DNA from: Bellilinea caldifistulae
Lineage (GTDB): Bacteria; Chloroflexota; Anaerolineae; Anaerolineales; Anaerolineaceae
DNA length: 32,000 nucleotides
Direction of reading: 5' to 3'
Assembly: GCF_001306055.1 (NCBI RefSeq)
Contig: NZ_LGHJ01000010.1
Coordinates: 90,001 to 122,000, forward strand
Position numbers and translations under genes: made by a program. Positions within the stretch are counted from its first letter, which is position 1, and every line of letters begins with the position of its first letter. The notes beneath the pieces were generated by a model. The model had not been told where the DNA came from. It did no database searches and saw only the letters and a program-made list of their open reading frames with translations. This document shows positions 8,550 to 16,987 of this stretch, piece by piece.

Positions 8550-10699
8550 GTTCCTCCCGAAAAAAGGCGGGCAAATCCGTCCAAAAGACTTATTCCGAAA
8601 ATCAACTGAGGGCTTCCTCCTTGTTAGAAGGGGTGGGGCGGGTTATGGTGCGTCTGGAACGCTACGGACGCGATATTACGGGTGTTTTGTTGATTGCCCT
8701 CGGTTTGCTCACCTTGATGGTGCTGGTGGGATGGACGAGTGGTTCCTTTATTTCCCCTTATGGAGATTGGCTGAGGCGCTGGCTGGGGATTGCCAGTTTT
8801 CCTCTGGCAATTTTAACCGCCTTGATCGGGGTATCTTTACTGCGAAGCAATCCAGCCGAAAACCGCCGTTTTCCGTTGGGCCGTATCCTTGCGCTGGAAG
8901 GGCTGATTTTTACCGGCATGGCGTTTTTGGCATTGCTGGGCGGGGTCTCGGTGGAGCGGGCCGAAGCCGGTTTGGATGGGGGGGTGATCGGCTGGGGGTT
9001 GGCTTATCTGATCACCCAATTTTTACCACTCCCGTGGAGCAGTCTTGTGCTGGTTTTGCTGGGAATCTGGTTTTTATCGAGCGCAACCGGATTTCACCGT
9101 TGGGTTGGCCGGCGTATTCAGGCGTGGATCGAATCCCTGCCGGTGGAGCAACTTCCTGAACCACCCCTGAGGCCAACCGATCGAAGCCAGAGCAACCCCG
9201 ATATTCCCCGTGAGGAAGGCGTTCCTGTTCCGGTGGTTGCCTATCGGCGCGAGGAAAACCTGCCGCCGCTTTCGTTGTTGGCTAACGAGGAAAGTAACGG
9301 TCTGGACGAGGAACGTATCCTGGCGATTGCCCGCCAGATCGAAAAAACCTTGGCAGAATTTGGGGTGCCCAGCCGGGTCGTCGGTTACCGCAAGGGCCCG
9401 ACCGTGACTCAGTTTGCGGTGGAGCCCGGTTATGTCGAAAAACCGGCTGCGGACGGGAAGATGATTCGCCAGAAGGTGCGGGTTGCCCAGATTTCCGCTC
9501 TTTCGCGGGATCTAGCGCTGGCACTGGCTGCAGAGCGTTTGCGCATCGAAGCCCCCGTGCCGGGGCATTCTTACGTGGGCGTCGAAGTGCCCAACAGCAG
9601 TACGACGCTGGTGAGGCTGCGTCCGATTCTTGAATCCCCCGAGTTTTTAAAATTGCAATCCCCTCTGGCAATCGCACTGGGGAGAGATGTTTCCGGTCAG
9701 CCGGTGGTAGCGGATCTGGCGCGGATGCCGCATTTGCTGGTGGCGGGTACGACCGGTTCGGGCAAGTCGGTTTGTCTGGCTTCGATCATCACCTGCCTGG
9801 TGATGAATAATTCACCGGCTACCCTGCGGCTGGTGGTGCTGGATCCAAAAATGGTCGAACTGGCTCGATTCTCCGGCTTGCCACACCTATTGGGCAAGGT
9901 GGAAACCGAAATCGAGCGGATGCTGGCGGTGCTGCGCTGGACACTGGTTGAGATGGAACAGCGTTACCGCTTGTTTGAAGCCAGTGCAGCCCGTGATTTA
10001 ACCGCCTACAACCGTAAGGCCGAGCGACGCGGAATGATGCCCCTTCCGCGTATCGTAGTGCTGATTGACGAATTGGCTGATTTAATGATGTCAGCCCCTG
10101 ATCAGACCGAGCACAGTCTGGTCAGGCTCGCCCAAATGGCACGGGCAACGGGCATTCATCTGGTTATTGCTACCCAGCGCCCGAGCACGGACGTGGTCAC
10201 CGGCTTGATTAAAGCCAATTTTCCAGCAAGAGTGGCATTCAGTGTAGCCTCGTCCATCGACTCGCGGGTCATTCTGGACGTCAATGGGGCTGAGTCGCTG
10301 CTTGGCAGGGGGGACATGCTTTTTCTCAATCCGGAAGCCGGCACACCCTTGCGGGCGCAGGGCGTTTTGCTGCAGGATCAAGAAATCGAACGGGTGATTG
10401 CTTTCTGGCAGGAAAGATTAACCGATCAGGTCGAGCAGACAGCCCCGTGGGAGGATCTGGTCAATCAAGATGACGACGGGGATGATTTAATTGAAAAAGC
10501 CATTGAACTGGTACGCCGTACTCAACGAGCCAGTGCCAGTTTGTTGCAGCGCCGCTTGAGGATTGGATTTCCACGTGCTGCCCGTCTGCTGGATGAATTG
10601 GAGGAAAGAGGAATTGTTGGACCGGCACAAGGGGGCGGAAAAGACCGCGAGGTGTTAATTGACCCGTTGGATGATGATCCTGCTGAGGATGATGATTAA
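8546..10699 (+). CDS. ftsK: DNA translocase FtsK/SpoIIIE
   Basis: N-terminal TM helices. Walker A GTTGSGKS, Walker B VVLIDELADL, ATQRPS motif. Gamma wHTH LLQRRLRIGFPRAARLLDELEERGIV. ATGA overlap with the S1 gene stop. Confidence 0.92.
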   Translation: MSSSRKKAGKSVQKTYSENQLRASSLLEGVGRVMVRLERYGRDITGVLLIALGLLTLMVLVGWTSGSFISPYGDWLRRWLGIASFPLAILTALIGVSLLRSNPAENRRFPLGRILALEGLIFTGMAFLALLGGVSVERAEAGLDGGVIGWGLAYLITQFLPLPWSSLVLVLLGIWFLSSATGFHRWVGRRIQAWIESLPVEQLPEPPLRPTDRSQSNPDIPREEGVPVPVVAYRREENLPPLSLLANEESNGLDEERILAIARQIEKTLAEFGVPSRVVGYRKGPTVTQFAVEPGYVEKPAADGKMIRQKVRVAQISALSRDLALALAAERLRIEAPVPGHSYVGVEVPNSSTTLVRLRPILESPEFLKLQSPLAIALGRDVSGQPVVADLARMPHLLVAGTTGSGKSVCLASIITCLVMNNSPATLRLVVLDPKMVELARFSGLPHLLGKVETEIERMLAVLRWTLVEMEQRYRLFEASAARDLTAYNRKAERRGMMPLPRIVVLIDELADLMMSAPDQTEHSLVRLAQMARATGIHLVIATQRPSTDVVTGLIKANFPARVAFSVASSIDSRVILDVNGAESLLGRGDMLFLNPEAGTPLRAQGVLLQDQEIERVIAFWQERLTDQVEQTAPWEDLVNQDDDGDDLIEKAIELVRRTQRASASLLQRRLRIGFPRAARLLDELEERGIVGPAQGGGKDREVLIDPLDDDPAEDDD

Positions 10700-10718
10700 T
10701 CTTTGGGCGGGGGATTGC

Positions 10719-10747
10719 TTGACAGTTTGCATCAGGTAAGATAGGAT
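10719..10747 (+). promoter_or_regulatory. Putative sigma70-type promoter for the phosphatidyltransferase-lgt operon
   Basis: TTGACA (10719-10724), 17-nt spacer, TAGGAT (10742-10747), about 60 nt upstream of the GTG at 10808. Confidence 0.4.
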
Positions 10748-10807
10748 ACAAACCAGAATGGTTGCGGAACAATTCCGCAACAGCAACCACTTTTATCATG
10801 GTGAAGT

Positions 10808-11440
10808 GTGGTTCGGACAGAAAAACAACCCCAAAAAGGAACTTTTACCGACTTCTTGCGCGCTCGTTTCAAGGGAGTGCTTGACCCCATTGGGGCTTTT
10901 CTCATACGGTTGGGGTTGACTCCGAATTGGGTTACCCTCCTGGGGCTGGTGGGAATAGGTGTTTCGGCAGTTTTCCTGGCGCGCGGACAATTTTTTTGGG
11001 GCGGGGTGGTGGTGCTGATCATGGCGCCGTTGGATGCGTTAGATGGCACGATGGCGCGTCTCATCGGAAACCCTACCCGATTTGGGGGTGTACTTGACTC
11101 GGTGGTTGACCGCTTTGCAGAGATTATCTTAATTGGCGGTCTGGTGTTTTATTATCTGCAGCAAAATGAATGGCTGCCGGTTTTTTTGGGTTATGCAGCG
11201 GCTGGCGGATCATTGATGGTTTCCTATGTCAAAGCGCGCGCTGAGGCAGCCCGGTTTGTTGTCAAAGGCGGGTTATTGACCCGTGTGGAGCGGTTTCTGG
11301 TTCTCATCCCGTTGCTCATTCTCGGTCAGCCGTTACTGGCGTTGTGGATTCTGGCAGTATTGGGAAACTTTACTGCTTTACAGCGGTTATGGCTGGTATA
11401 TCAGCAAAGCCGCAAAGAAGAAGATTTGCCAAAGGTATGA
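10808..11440 (+). CDS. CDP-alcohol phosphatidyltransferase family protein (PgsA / PIP-synthase-like)
   Basis: Signature D-G-x2-A-R-x8-G-x3-D-x3-D seen as LDALDGTMARLIGNPTRFGGVLDSVVDR. Multiple TM helices. GTG start. Confidence 0.82.
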   Translation: MVRTEKQPQKGTFTDFLRARFKGVLDPIGAFLIRLGLTPNWVTLLGLVGIGVSAVFLARGQFFWGGVVVLIMAPLDALDGTMARLIGNPTRFGGVLDSVVDRFAEIILIGGLVFYYLQQNEWLPVFLGYAAAGGSLMVSYVKARAEAARFVVKGGLLTRVERFLVLIPLLILGQPLLALWILAVLGNFTALQRLWLVYQQSRKEEDLPKV

Positions 11441-11463
11441 TTTCTTAATGAGGTGTAAAGAGG

Positions 11464-12282
11464 ATGCCGAATAGTTTTAGTATAGGCCCGATAACCATCC
11501 ATTTGTACGGTGTCATTATTATGTTCGGGGCGATCATGGCGGCATGGTTGTCCGCCCGCCAGGTCAAGCAGCGAAATTTGAACCCCGATTTGGTATGGGA
11601 TATGCTGCCGTGGTTGTTAATCGCCGGCGTAGTTGGTGCGCGTCTCTGGCACATCTTAACACCGCCGGCTTCGATGGTTGAACGCGGTATTACAACCTGG
11701 TACTATCTGACCCACCCTCTGGATGCGATTGCAATCTGGAACGGCGGGCTTGGCATTCCCGGCGCTGTGATGGGCGGCGCATTGGCATTGTACCTCTACT
11801 GCCGTAAAAAGGGATTGAGTTTTGCTGAGTGGACGGATATCATTGCCCCCGGTTTAGCGCTGGCGCAGGCAATTGGGCGGTGGGGTAACTTTGTCAATCA
11901 GGAATTGTACGGCGCACCGACCAATCTCCCCTGGGCAATTTTCATTGACCCGATTCACCGCCTGCCTGAGTTCAAGGATGTAGCCTACTACCACCCCTTG
12001 TTTTTGTATGAGTCAATTTATAACCTGCTCAATATGGCGTTCCTGCTGTGGGCAGGGCGAAAATTCAGCGACCGCCTGAAGAAGGGTGACATCTTTTTAC
12101 TTTACCTGATTATTTACCCGGTTGGGCGATTTTTCCTCGAATTTTTACGCTTGGACCCTTCTCCGTTGGCAGGTTTGAATGTCAATCAAACATTAATGGC
12201 AGTGATTGCGATCAGTTCGGCAGTGGGGCTGTTTTGGCGGCATCGTAAAGGCAGTAACTCTCCCCAAACTGTCAGCGGATAG
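11464..12282 (+). CDS. lgt: Prolipoprotein diacylglyceryl transferase
   Basis: IHLYGVIIMFG, WNGGLGIPGAV, GRWGNFVNQELYG, FLYESIYNL motifs. AAGAGG lies before the ATG. Confidence 0.92.
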   Translation: MPNSFSIGPITIHLYGVIIMFGAIMAAWLSARQVKQRNLNPDLVWDMLPWLLIAGVVGARLWHILTPPASMVERGITTWYYLTHPLDAIAIWNGGLGIPGAVMGGALALYLYCRKKGLSFAEWTDIIAPGLALAQAIGRWGNFVNQELYGAPTNLPWAIFIDPIHRLPEFKDVAYYHPLFLYESIYNLLNMAFLLWAGRKFSDRLKKGDIFLLYLIIYPVGRFFLEFLRLDPSPLAGLNVNQTLMAVIAISSAVGLFWRHRKGSNSPQTVSG

Positions 12283-12316
12283 CGGTTTTTTTTGTGGATT
12301 GAGCGGGTTTGAGGGG

Positions 12317-13261
12317 ATGAAGATGATTTACGCAGAAAATTTGACCAAGCACTTTGCCGATTTTGTGGCTGTGCAGGGGATCAATCTGGATGTGCAGGCC
12401 GGGCAAGTTTTGGCCTTATTGGGGCCAAATGGCGCCGGTAAAACGACGACCGTGCGCATGTTAACCTCGGTGCTGCGCCCTACCAGCGGAATTGCCAGAA
12501 TTGCCGGTTATGATGTGGTTGAAGAAGCCGAAAAGGTGCGCTCATCGGTGGGCGTTTTGACGGAACATCACGGTCTTTACAGCCGTATGAATGCCGATGA
12601 ATACCTGACTTTTTATGGACGCCTTTACCGAATGCCGGATTCGTTGATCGAGCGCCGCAAGAGGGAATTGTTGGAGCAATTTGGATTGGGGGAGGCGCGT
12701 AAAAAGAAACTGGGGGAATACTCCAAAGGAATGCGCCAAAAGCTGGCTCTGGTGCGCGCCTTACTGCACAACCCGCCAGTGCTCCTGCTGGATGAGCCAA
12801 CCTCGGCCATGGATCCGGAGAGTGCCAGAATTGTGCGGGATGCCATCCGTGCTCTGCGTTCGGACCAGCGGGCGGTGATTCTTTGCACCCACAATCTGGC
12901 CGAGGCTGAAATGCTCGCCGATCAGATTGCCATTATCCGCCGCGGCCGGATTATCTTGAATGATGTGCCGGAGCGGCTTAAGCAGTTGCTTCTCGGACCG
13001 GAAGAGTACGAAATCACCCTGCGGAATGGGGCGGGCGTTCCTCCTGAAGTCCTGCCGTTGGGGGTTGTGGTGAGCAGGCAGGAAAACGGCCGTTATGTTT
13101 TTCGGATTGATCAGCCGGAAGAAAAAATTCCGCTGCTGCTGAAACGGTTGCTGGACCAACAATTACCGGTACTTTCCTGCGCGCCTGTGCCACGCAGCCT
13201 GGAAGAGGCGTATTTGAGGGCTGTCAGCCTGCATGAGGAAAACGGCAATGGAAGCAATTGA
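12317..13261 (+). CDS. ABC transporter ATP-binding protein (ABC-2/NatA-like, with C-terminal DUF4162-like extension)
   Basis: Walker A GPNGAGKTT, Q-loop, signature YSKGMRQKL, Walker B LLLDEPTSAMD, H-loop CTHNL. Start moved to MKMIYAENL (12317) to avoid overlapping lgt. Confidence 0.88.
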   Translation: MKMIYAENLTKHFADFVAVQGINLDVQAGQVLALLGPNGAGKTTTVRMLTSVLRPTSGIARIAGYDVVEEAEKVRSSVGVLTEHHGLYSRMNADEYLTFYGRLYRMPDSLIERRKRELLEQFGLGEARKKKLGEYSKGMRQKLALVRALLHNPPVLLLDEPTSAMDPESARIVRDAIRALRSDQRAVILCTHNLAEAEMLADQIAIIRRGRIILNDVPERLKQLLLGPEEYEITLRNGAGVPPEVLPLGVVVSRQENGRYVFRIDQPEEKIPLLLKRLLDQQLPVLSCAPVPRSLEEAYLRAVSLHEENGNGSN

Positions 13262-14663
13262 CATTCGCCCAGCATTGATTATTGCTCAGCGAGAGGTACG
13301 CGATCAATTCCGCGACTGGCGGATCATCTTCCCGATTGTGTTTCTGACCCTGTTCTTCCCGTTCTTGATGAATTTCACGGCGCGTCAGCTGCTTAATTTT
13401 GTCAATCAATATGGAGCAGGACTGGTTGGTGAACGCTTGATCCCATTTCTGTTGCTGATTACGGGCTTTTTCCCGATCAGTGTTTCGCTGGTGATTGCGT
13501 TGGAAAGTTTTGTCGGAGAAAAAGAACGTGGCAGCATTGAACCCCTCTTAACTTCTCCGCTGGCTGACTGGCAGCTATATCTGGGTAAATTACTCTCTTC
13601 AACGGTGCCGCCGCTGGTGGGCAGTTTTCTGGGTATGTCGGTCTACATTAGTGGGTTGCTCATCAACCGCATCCCGTTGCCGGATGCAGAAACCCTGCTC
13701 CAAATCATCGTCCTGACGATTACCCAGGCGGTGGTGATGGTCAGTGGGGCGGTGGTGGTTTCCACCCAGGCGACTTCGGTGCGGGCTGCCAACCTGCTTG
13801 CCAGTTTTATCATCATCCCCATGGCGCTGCTGATTCAAGCCGAAGCGGTGGTGATGTTCTGGGGACGGGATACGCTTTCGTTGTGGTGGATTGTGTTTGG
13901 GCTGCTGGTTTTGGCGGTGCTTCTCATTCGGATTGGGCTGGCGCATTTTCAGCGCGAAGAACTGCTGGGTAGAGAGATTGATGTGCTCAATATCCGTTGG
14001 ATCTGGCGGATCTTGTGGGGTAGTTTTCACGGTGGGGCTCGCAATGTCTTGGATTGGTACCGGAATGTGCTGGGTAAGACTCTCCTTGATCTGCGCGGTA
14101 GCTTACTGGCTGCCGTCTTGCTGGCCGTGATTGTGATTATTCTGGGCGCCCAGCAAGCCGACCGTTTTCTTTTGATCTTGCCGGAGGGAGATTTTCAGCA
14201 ACGCGTTCGCGAATTGGGCTTCAACCTGCCGGTAGGTGGAATTGGGAGCGTTCAGCAAATCTTTTTCCAGAATGTGCGCGCGTTGGTGATTGGACTGTTG
14301 TTGGGCTTGTTTTCTTTCGGGGTATTGGGCACACTACCTCTGTTTGCAACCCTTGGTTTGTTGGGGTATTTCACCCGGATTATGGAAATTAATCAATTGC
14401 CTGCCGCTCAAATCATCCTTTCGGGAGTGGTGCCTCACGGAATTGTCGAGGTACCGGCAATCCTGCTTTCAACGGCGGCGGTGTTGAGAATTGGCTTTTT
14501 ACTGGCCACCCCGATGAAGGACAAGACGGTGGGTGAAGTATTTTTGATGGCGATTGCCGGTTGGATGCAGGTGATGGTTGGATTGGTTGTGCCTTTGCTG
14601 CTTTTGGCAGCCGTGATCGAATCCTGGATTACGCCGCTGATGATCTTACGCTTATTTGGCTGA
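13248..14663 (+). CDS. Fusion membrane protein: ABC-2 type permease (N-terminal half) + SpoIIM-like domain (C-terminal half)
   Basis: N-terminal half has ~6 TM helices typical of ABC-2 permeases next to their ATPase. C-terminal half carries FFQNVRALVIG...GVVPHGIVEVPAILLS, the PHGxxExPA signature of stage II sporulation protein M family proteins. GAGGA lies 8 nt before the ATG at 13248 (an alternative ATG is at 13233). Confidence 0.7.
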   Translation: MEAIDIRPALIIAQREVRDQFRDWRIIFPIVFLTLFFPFLMNFTARQLLNFVNQYGAGLVGERLIPFLLLITGFFPISVSLVIALESFVGEKERGSIEPLLTSPLADWQLYLGKLLSSTVPPLVGSFLGMSVYISGLLINRIPLPDAETLLQIIVLTITQAVVMVSGAVVVSTQATSVRAANLLASFIIIPMALLIQAEAVVMFWGRDTLSLWWIVFGLLVLAVLLIRIGLAHFQREELLGREIDVLNIRWIWRILWGSFHGGARNVLDWYRNVLGKTLLDLRGSLLAAVLLAVIVIILGAQQADRFLLILPEGDFQQRVRELGFNLPVGGIGSVQQIFFQNVRALVIGLLLGLFSFGVLGTLPLFATLGLLGYFTRIMEINQLPAAQIILSGVVPHGIVEVPAILLSTAAVLRIGFLLATPMKDKTVGEVFLMAIAGWMQVMVGLVVPLLLLAAVIESWITPLMILRLFG

Positions 14664-14700
14664 TTTACCTGCGAATCATTCTTTCTGGAAGGGCAAACGC

Positions 14701-15465
14701 ATGGATCAAATTGTTTTTCTGGGTACCGCAAACGCCATTCCCGCTATCGGTCGGGAGAATACCCATCTGCTCATCCGCCATGAACACGAAGCAATTCTGG
14801 TGGACTGCGCTGCCAATCCAATTGTGCACCTGCAGCGCGGAGGGGTCAATCTGGAACAGATCCATCATTTGATTTTGACTCATTTCCATCCCGATCATGT
14901 TTCAGGTGCCCCGCTGTTCTTGATGGATTTATGGCTTTTGGGGCGTACAAAACCGCTGTATATTTACGGCCTGGAACACACCCTTACTCGCCTGCAAGCC
15001 ATGATGGACTTATATGACTGGCGCAGCTGGCCGGGATTTTTCCCGCTCGAATACCGCATTATACCGGAGGTAGAAGGTGCGGCCCTTCTCGAAATGAATG
15101 GTCTGGAAATTATCTCCTCGCCGGTTAAGCATCTGCTGCCCACCATTGGTATACGGATTACCTTCACGGATATCCATAAGACAGTCGTCTATTCGAGCGA
15201 TACCGAACCTTATGAGGCAGTTGTCAGGCTGGCGAAGAAAGCGGATGTGTTGATTCACGAATCGGCCGGGCATTCGATTGGCCATTCTTCGGCGCGCCAG
15301 GCGGGGGAAGTTGCCCAAAAAGCCGGCGTGAAAAGTCTGTACCTGATTCACTATCCTGCCAATGTGACCAAAGAGGAACTCATCCGTGAAGCGCGGAGCG
15401 TCTTTGGGGGTTCCGTTTTTGTTTGTGAAGACTTTATGGGAATTGACCTGACAAAGGGTGATTAA
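14701..15465 (+). CDS. MBL-fold metallo-hydrolase (short RNase Z/BN-like)
   Basis: LTHFHPDH (HxHxDH) motif, MDQIVFLGTANAIP N-terminus, later HES/H residues. GGAAGGG lies upstream of the ATG at 14701; the 14656 start on the track is a TTG overlapping the previous gene. Confidence 0.8.
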   Translation: MDQIVFLGTANAIPAIGRENTHLLIRHEHEAILVDCAANPIVHLQRGGVNLEQIHHLILTHFHPDHVSGAPLFLMDLWLLGRTKPLYIYGLEHTLTRLQAMMDLYDWRSWPGFFPLEYRIIPEVEGAALLEMNGLEIISSPVKHLLPTIGIRITFTDIHKTVVYSSDTEPYEAVVRLAKKADVLIHESAGHSIGHSSARQAGEVAQKAGVKSLYLIHYPANVTKEELIREARSVFGGSVFVCEDFMGIDLTKGD

Positions 15466-15466
15466 A

Positions 15467-15970
15467 TCACCAGCCGAGCAGGAAAGGCTCCCATTCGGTA
15501 TATTCCGTCAGGTGGCGACCGAAAATATACAGGGCAGAAGCAGGCGGTTCAGCAGGCGGACGGAGTAACTGCATGCCGGCTTCGGCCAGCGTGCGGCCGC
15601 CTTTGCGGTGATTGCATTGCGGACAGGCGGTAACGACATTCGTCCAGATGTGCTGACCGCCTAAATGGCGCGGGATGACATGGTCAATGGTCAGGTCACC
15701 TGCACGCTTACCGCAATACTGGCAGGTGTAATTATCACGGCGGAACACCTCGCGGCGGGTCAGCTTTACCTTGGGGCGCGGACGATGCACCATGTGTTGC
15801 AGGCGGATGATCGAGGGGCGTGGGAAGGACGATCCAGCGGTGTGAATCTCCCCCCGTCCATTCATCACCATGGATGCTTTATGTGTCAAAATCAAACCAA
15901 CCGCACGGCGTAAGTCGCAGACATTGATTGGCTCGAAATTGGCGTTGAGTACCAGCACATTATCCGCCAT
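15467..15970 (-). CDS. HNH endonuclease family protein (stand-alone, COG1403-like)
   Basis: CQYCGK...DHVIPRHLGG...N.VTACPQCNHRKGGR: zinc-ribbon CxxC pairs flank the H-N-H residues. Confidence 0.85.
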   Translation of the reverse strand: MADNVLVLNANFEPINVCDLRRAVGLILTHKASMVMNGRGEIHTAGSSFPRPSIIRLQHMVHRPRPKVKLTRREVFRRDNYTCQYCGKRAGDLTIDHVIPRHLGGQHIWTNVVTACPQCNHRKGGRTLAEAGMQLLRPPAEPPASALYIFGRHLTEYTEWEPFLLGW

Positions 15971-16075
15971 TGCGACCTCACCTGCAAAATTATAGCACTA
16001 CCTTTCTACAATCGCTATGAGAAATGGGTTAAGAAGTGTTAATATTGTACAAAGATACGTTTTCGGAGGTGAACG

Positions 16076-16987
16076 GTGAAAATCCTGATTGCGGGCGGTT
16101 CCGGTCTGATTGGCTCTGCTTTGGCCCGTCATTATTTGGAAAAGGGGCAGGAAGTTTACATCCTCAGTCGGCGCGGATCGGCAGCGGTCTTACCGGCGGG
16201 TGCTAAAGGAGTAGAGTGGGATGCCCAATCAGCCAAGGGGTGGGGCGACCTGATGAATGAAATGGATGTGGTCATCAACCTGACCGGAGAGAACCTTGGA
16301 GCGGGGCGCTGGACAGAGCAGCGCAAACAACGTTTTTACACCAGCCGCATCCAATCCGGTAAGGCGTTAATTGAAGCCATGCGTCAGGCTGTGCGAAAAC
16401 CCGGTGTGCTGGTGCAGTCATCGGCGGTTGGTTATTACGGGGATGGCGGTGAGCAGGTGCTGGATGAATCCAGTCCGCCGGGTAAGGATTTTCTGGCGGG
16501 TTTGTGTGTGGATTGGGAAGATTCAACCCGCGAGGCCGAGTTCATGGGTGTGCGTCGGATTGTTCTGCGCACCGGTGTGGTGCTGGCTGAGGGAGCGGAG
16601 GTGTTGAACCGTTTGCTTTTGCCATTCCGCCTGTTTGTTGGAGGGCCATTGGGCAGTGGTAAGCAATGGCTGCCGTGGATTCACATGGCGGATGTGGTCG
16701 GAGCGGTGGATTTTCTGGTTGAAAATCCAAATCTTGCCGGGGTTTTCAACTTGAGTGCCCCCCAACCGGTTCAAAATGCCACCTTTGGGAAAACTCTGGC
16801 GCGTATTTTACGCCGGCCTTACTGGCTGCCGGTGCCTGCCTTTGCGTTGAAACTGCTCCTGGGCGAGATGAGTAAACTGGTGCTGGAAGGTCAACGAGCC
16901 ATCCCCAAACGGCTGATTGAGGCGGGTTATCCTTTTCGATTTTCGGAGCATGAAGCTGCACTGCGGGATTTACTGGTCAAGGTTTGA
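16076..16987 (+). CDS. TIGR01777-family NAD-dependent epimerase/dehydratase (YfcH-like, C-terminal DUF1731)
   Basis: Rossmann fold MKILIAGGSGLIGSAL. WIHMADVV and the C-terminal G.RA.PKRL.EAGY.F.F pattern. GTG start preceded by GGAGGTG. Confidence 0.85.
   Translation: MKILIAGGSGLIGSALARHYLEKGQEVYILSRRGSAAVLPAGAKGVEWDAQSAKGWGDLMNEMDVVINLTGENLGAGRWTEQRKQRFYTSRIQSGKALIEAMRQAVRKPGVLVQSSAVGYYGDGGEQVLDESSPPGKDFLAGLCVDWEDSTREAEFMGVRRIVLRTGVVLAEGAEVLNRLLLPFRLFVGGPLGSGKQWLPWIHMADVVGAVDFLVENPNLAGVFNLSAPQPVQNATFGKTLARILRRPYWLPVPAFALKLLLGEMSKLVLEGQRAIPKRLIEAGYPFRFSEHEAALRDLLVKV

Noticed and set aside
10758-10922. ~54-codon ORF starting at the ATG at 10758, spanning the leader hairpin and overlapping the phosphatidyltransferase start in another frame
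   Set aside because: It has no Shine-Dalgarno, overlaps a well-supported gene out of frame, and has an unremarkable composition. It is probably fortuitous.
12206-12316. Long N-terminal extension of the ABC ATPase ORF (and similarly 558-659 for ltaE, 21612-21737 for archease, 28343-28417 for DUF554, 24103-24171 for ybaK)
   Set aside because: These extensions overlap the preceding gene or the intergenic region and add residues not matching the families. Internal ATGs with Shine-Dalgarno sites or ATGA coupling give canonical N-termini.
15467-15970. HNH endonuclease as a marker of a mobile element, homing endonuclease or restriction system
   Set aside because: There is no adjacent methyltransferase, intron/intein context, integrase or flanking repeats. 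Its 3' end sits 1 nt from the stop of the convergent MBL gene among housekeeping genes. It looks like the widespread stand-alone HNH family.
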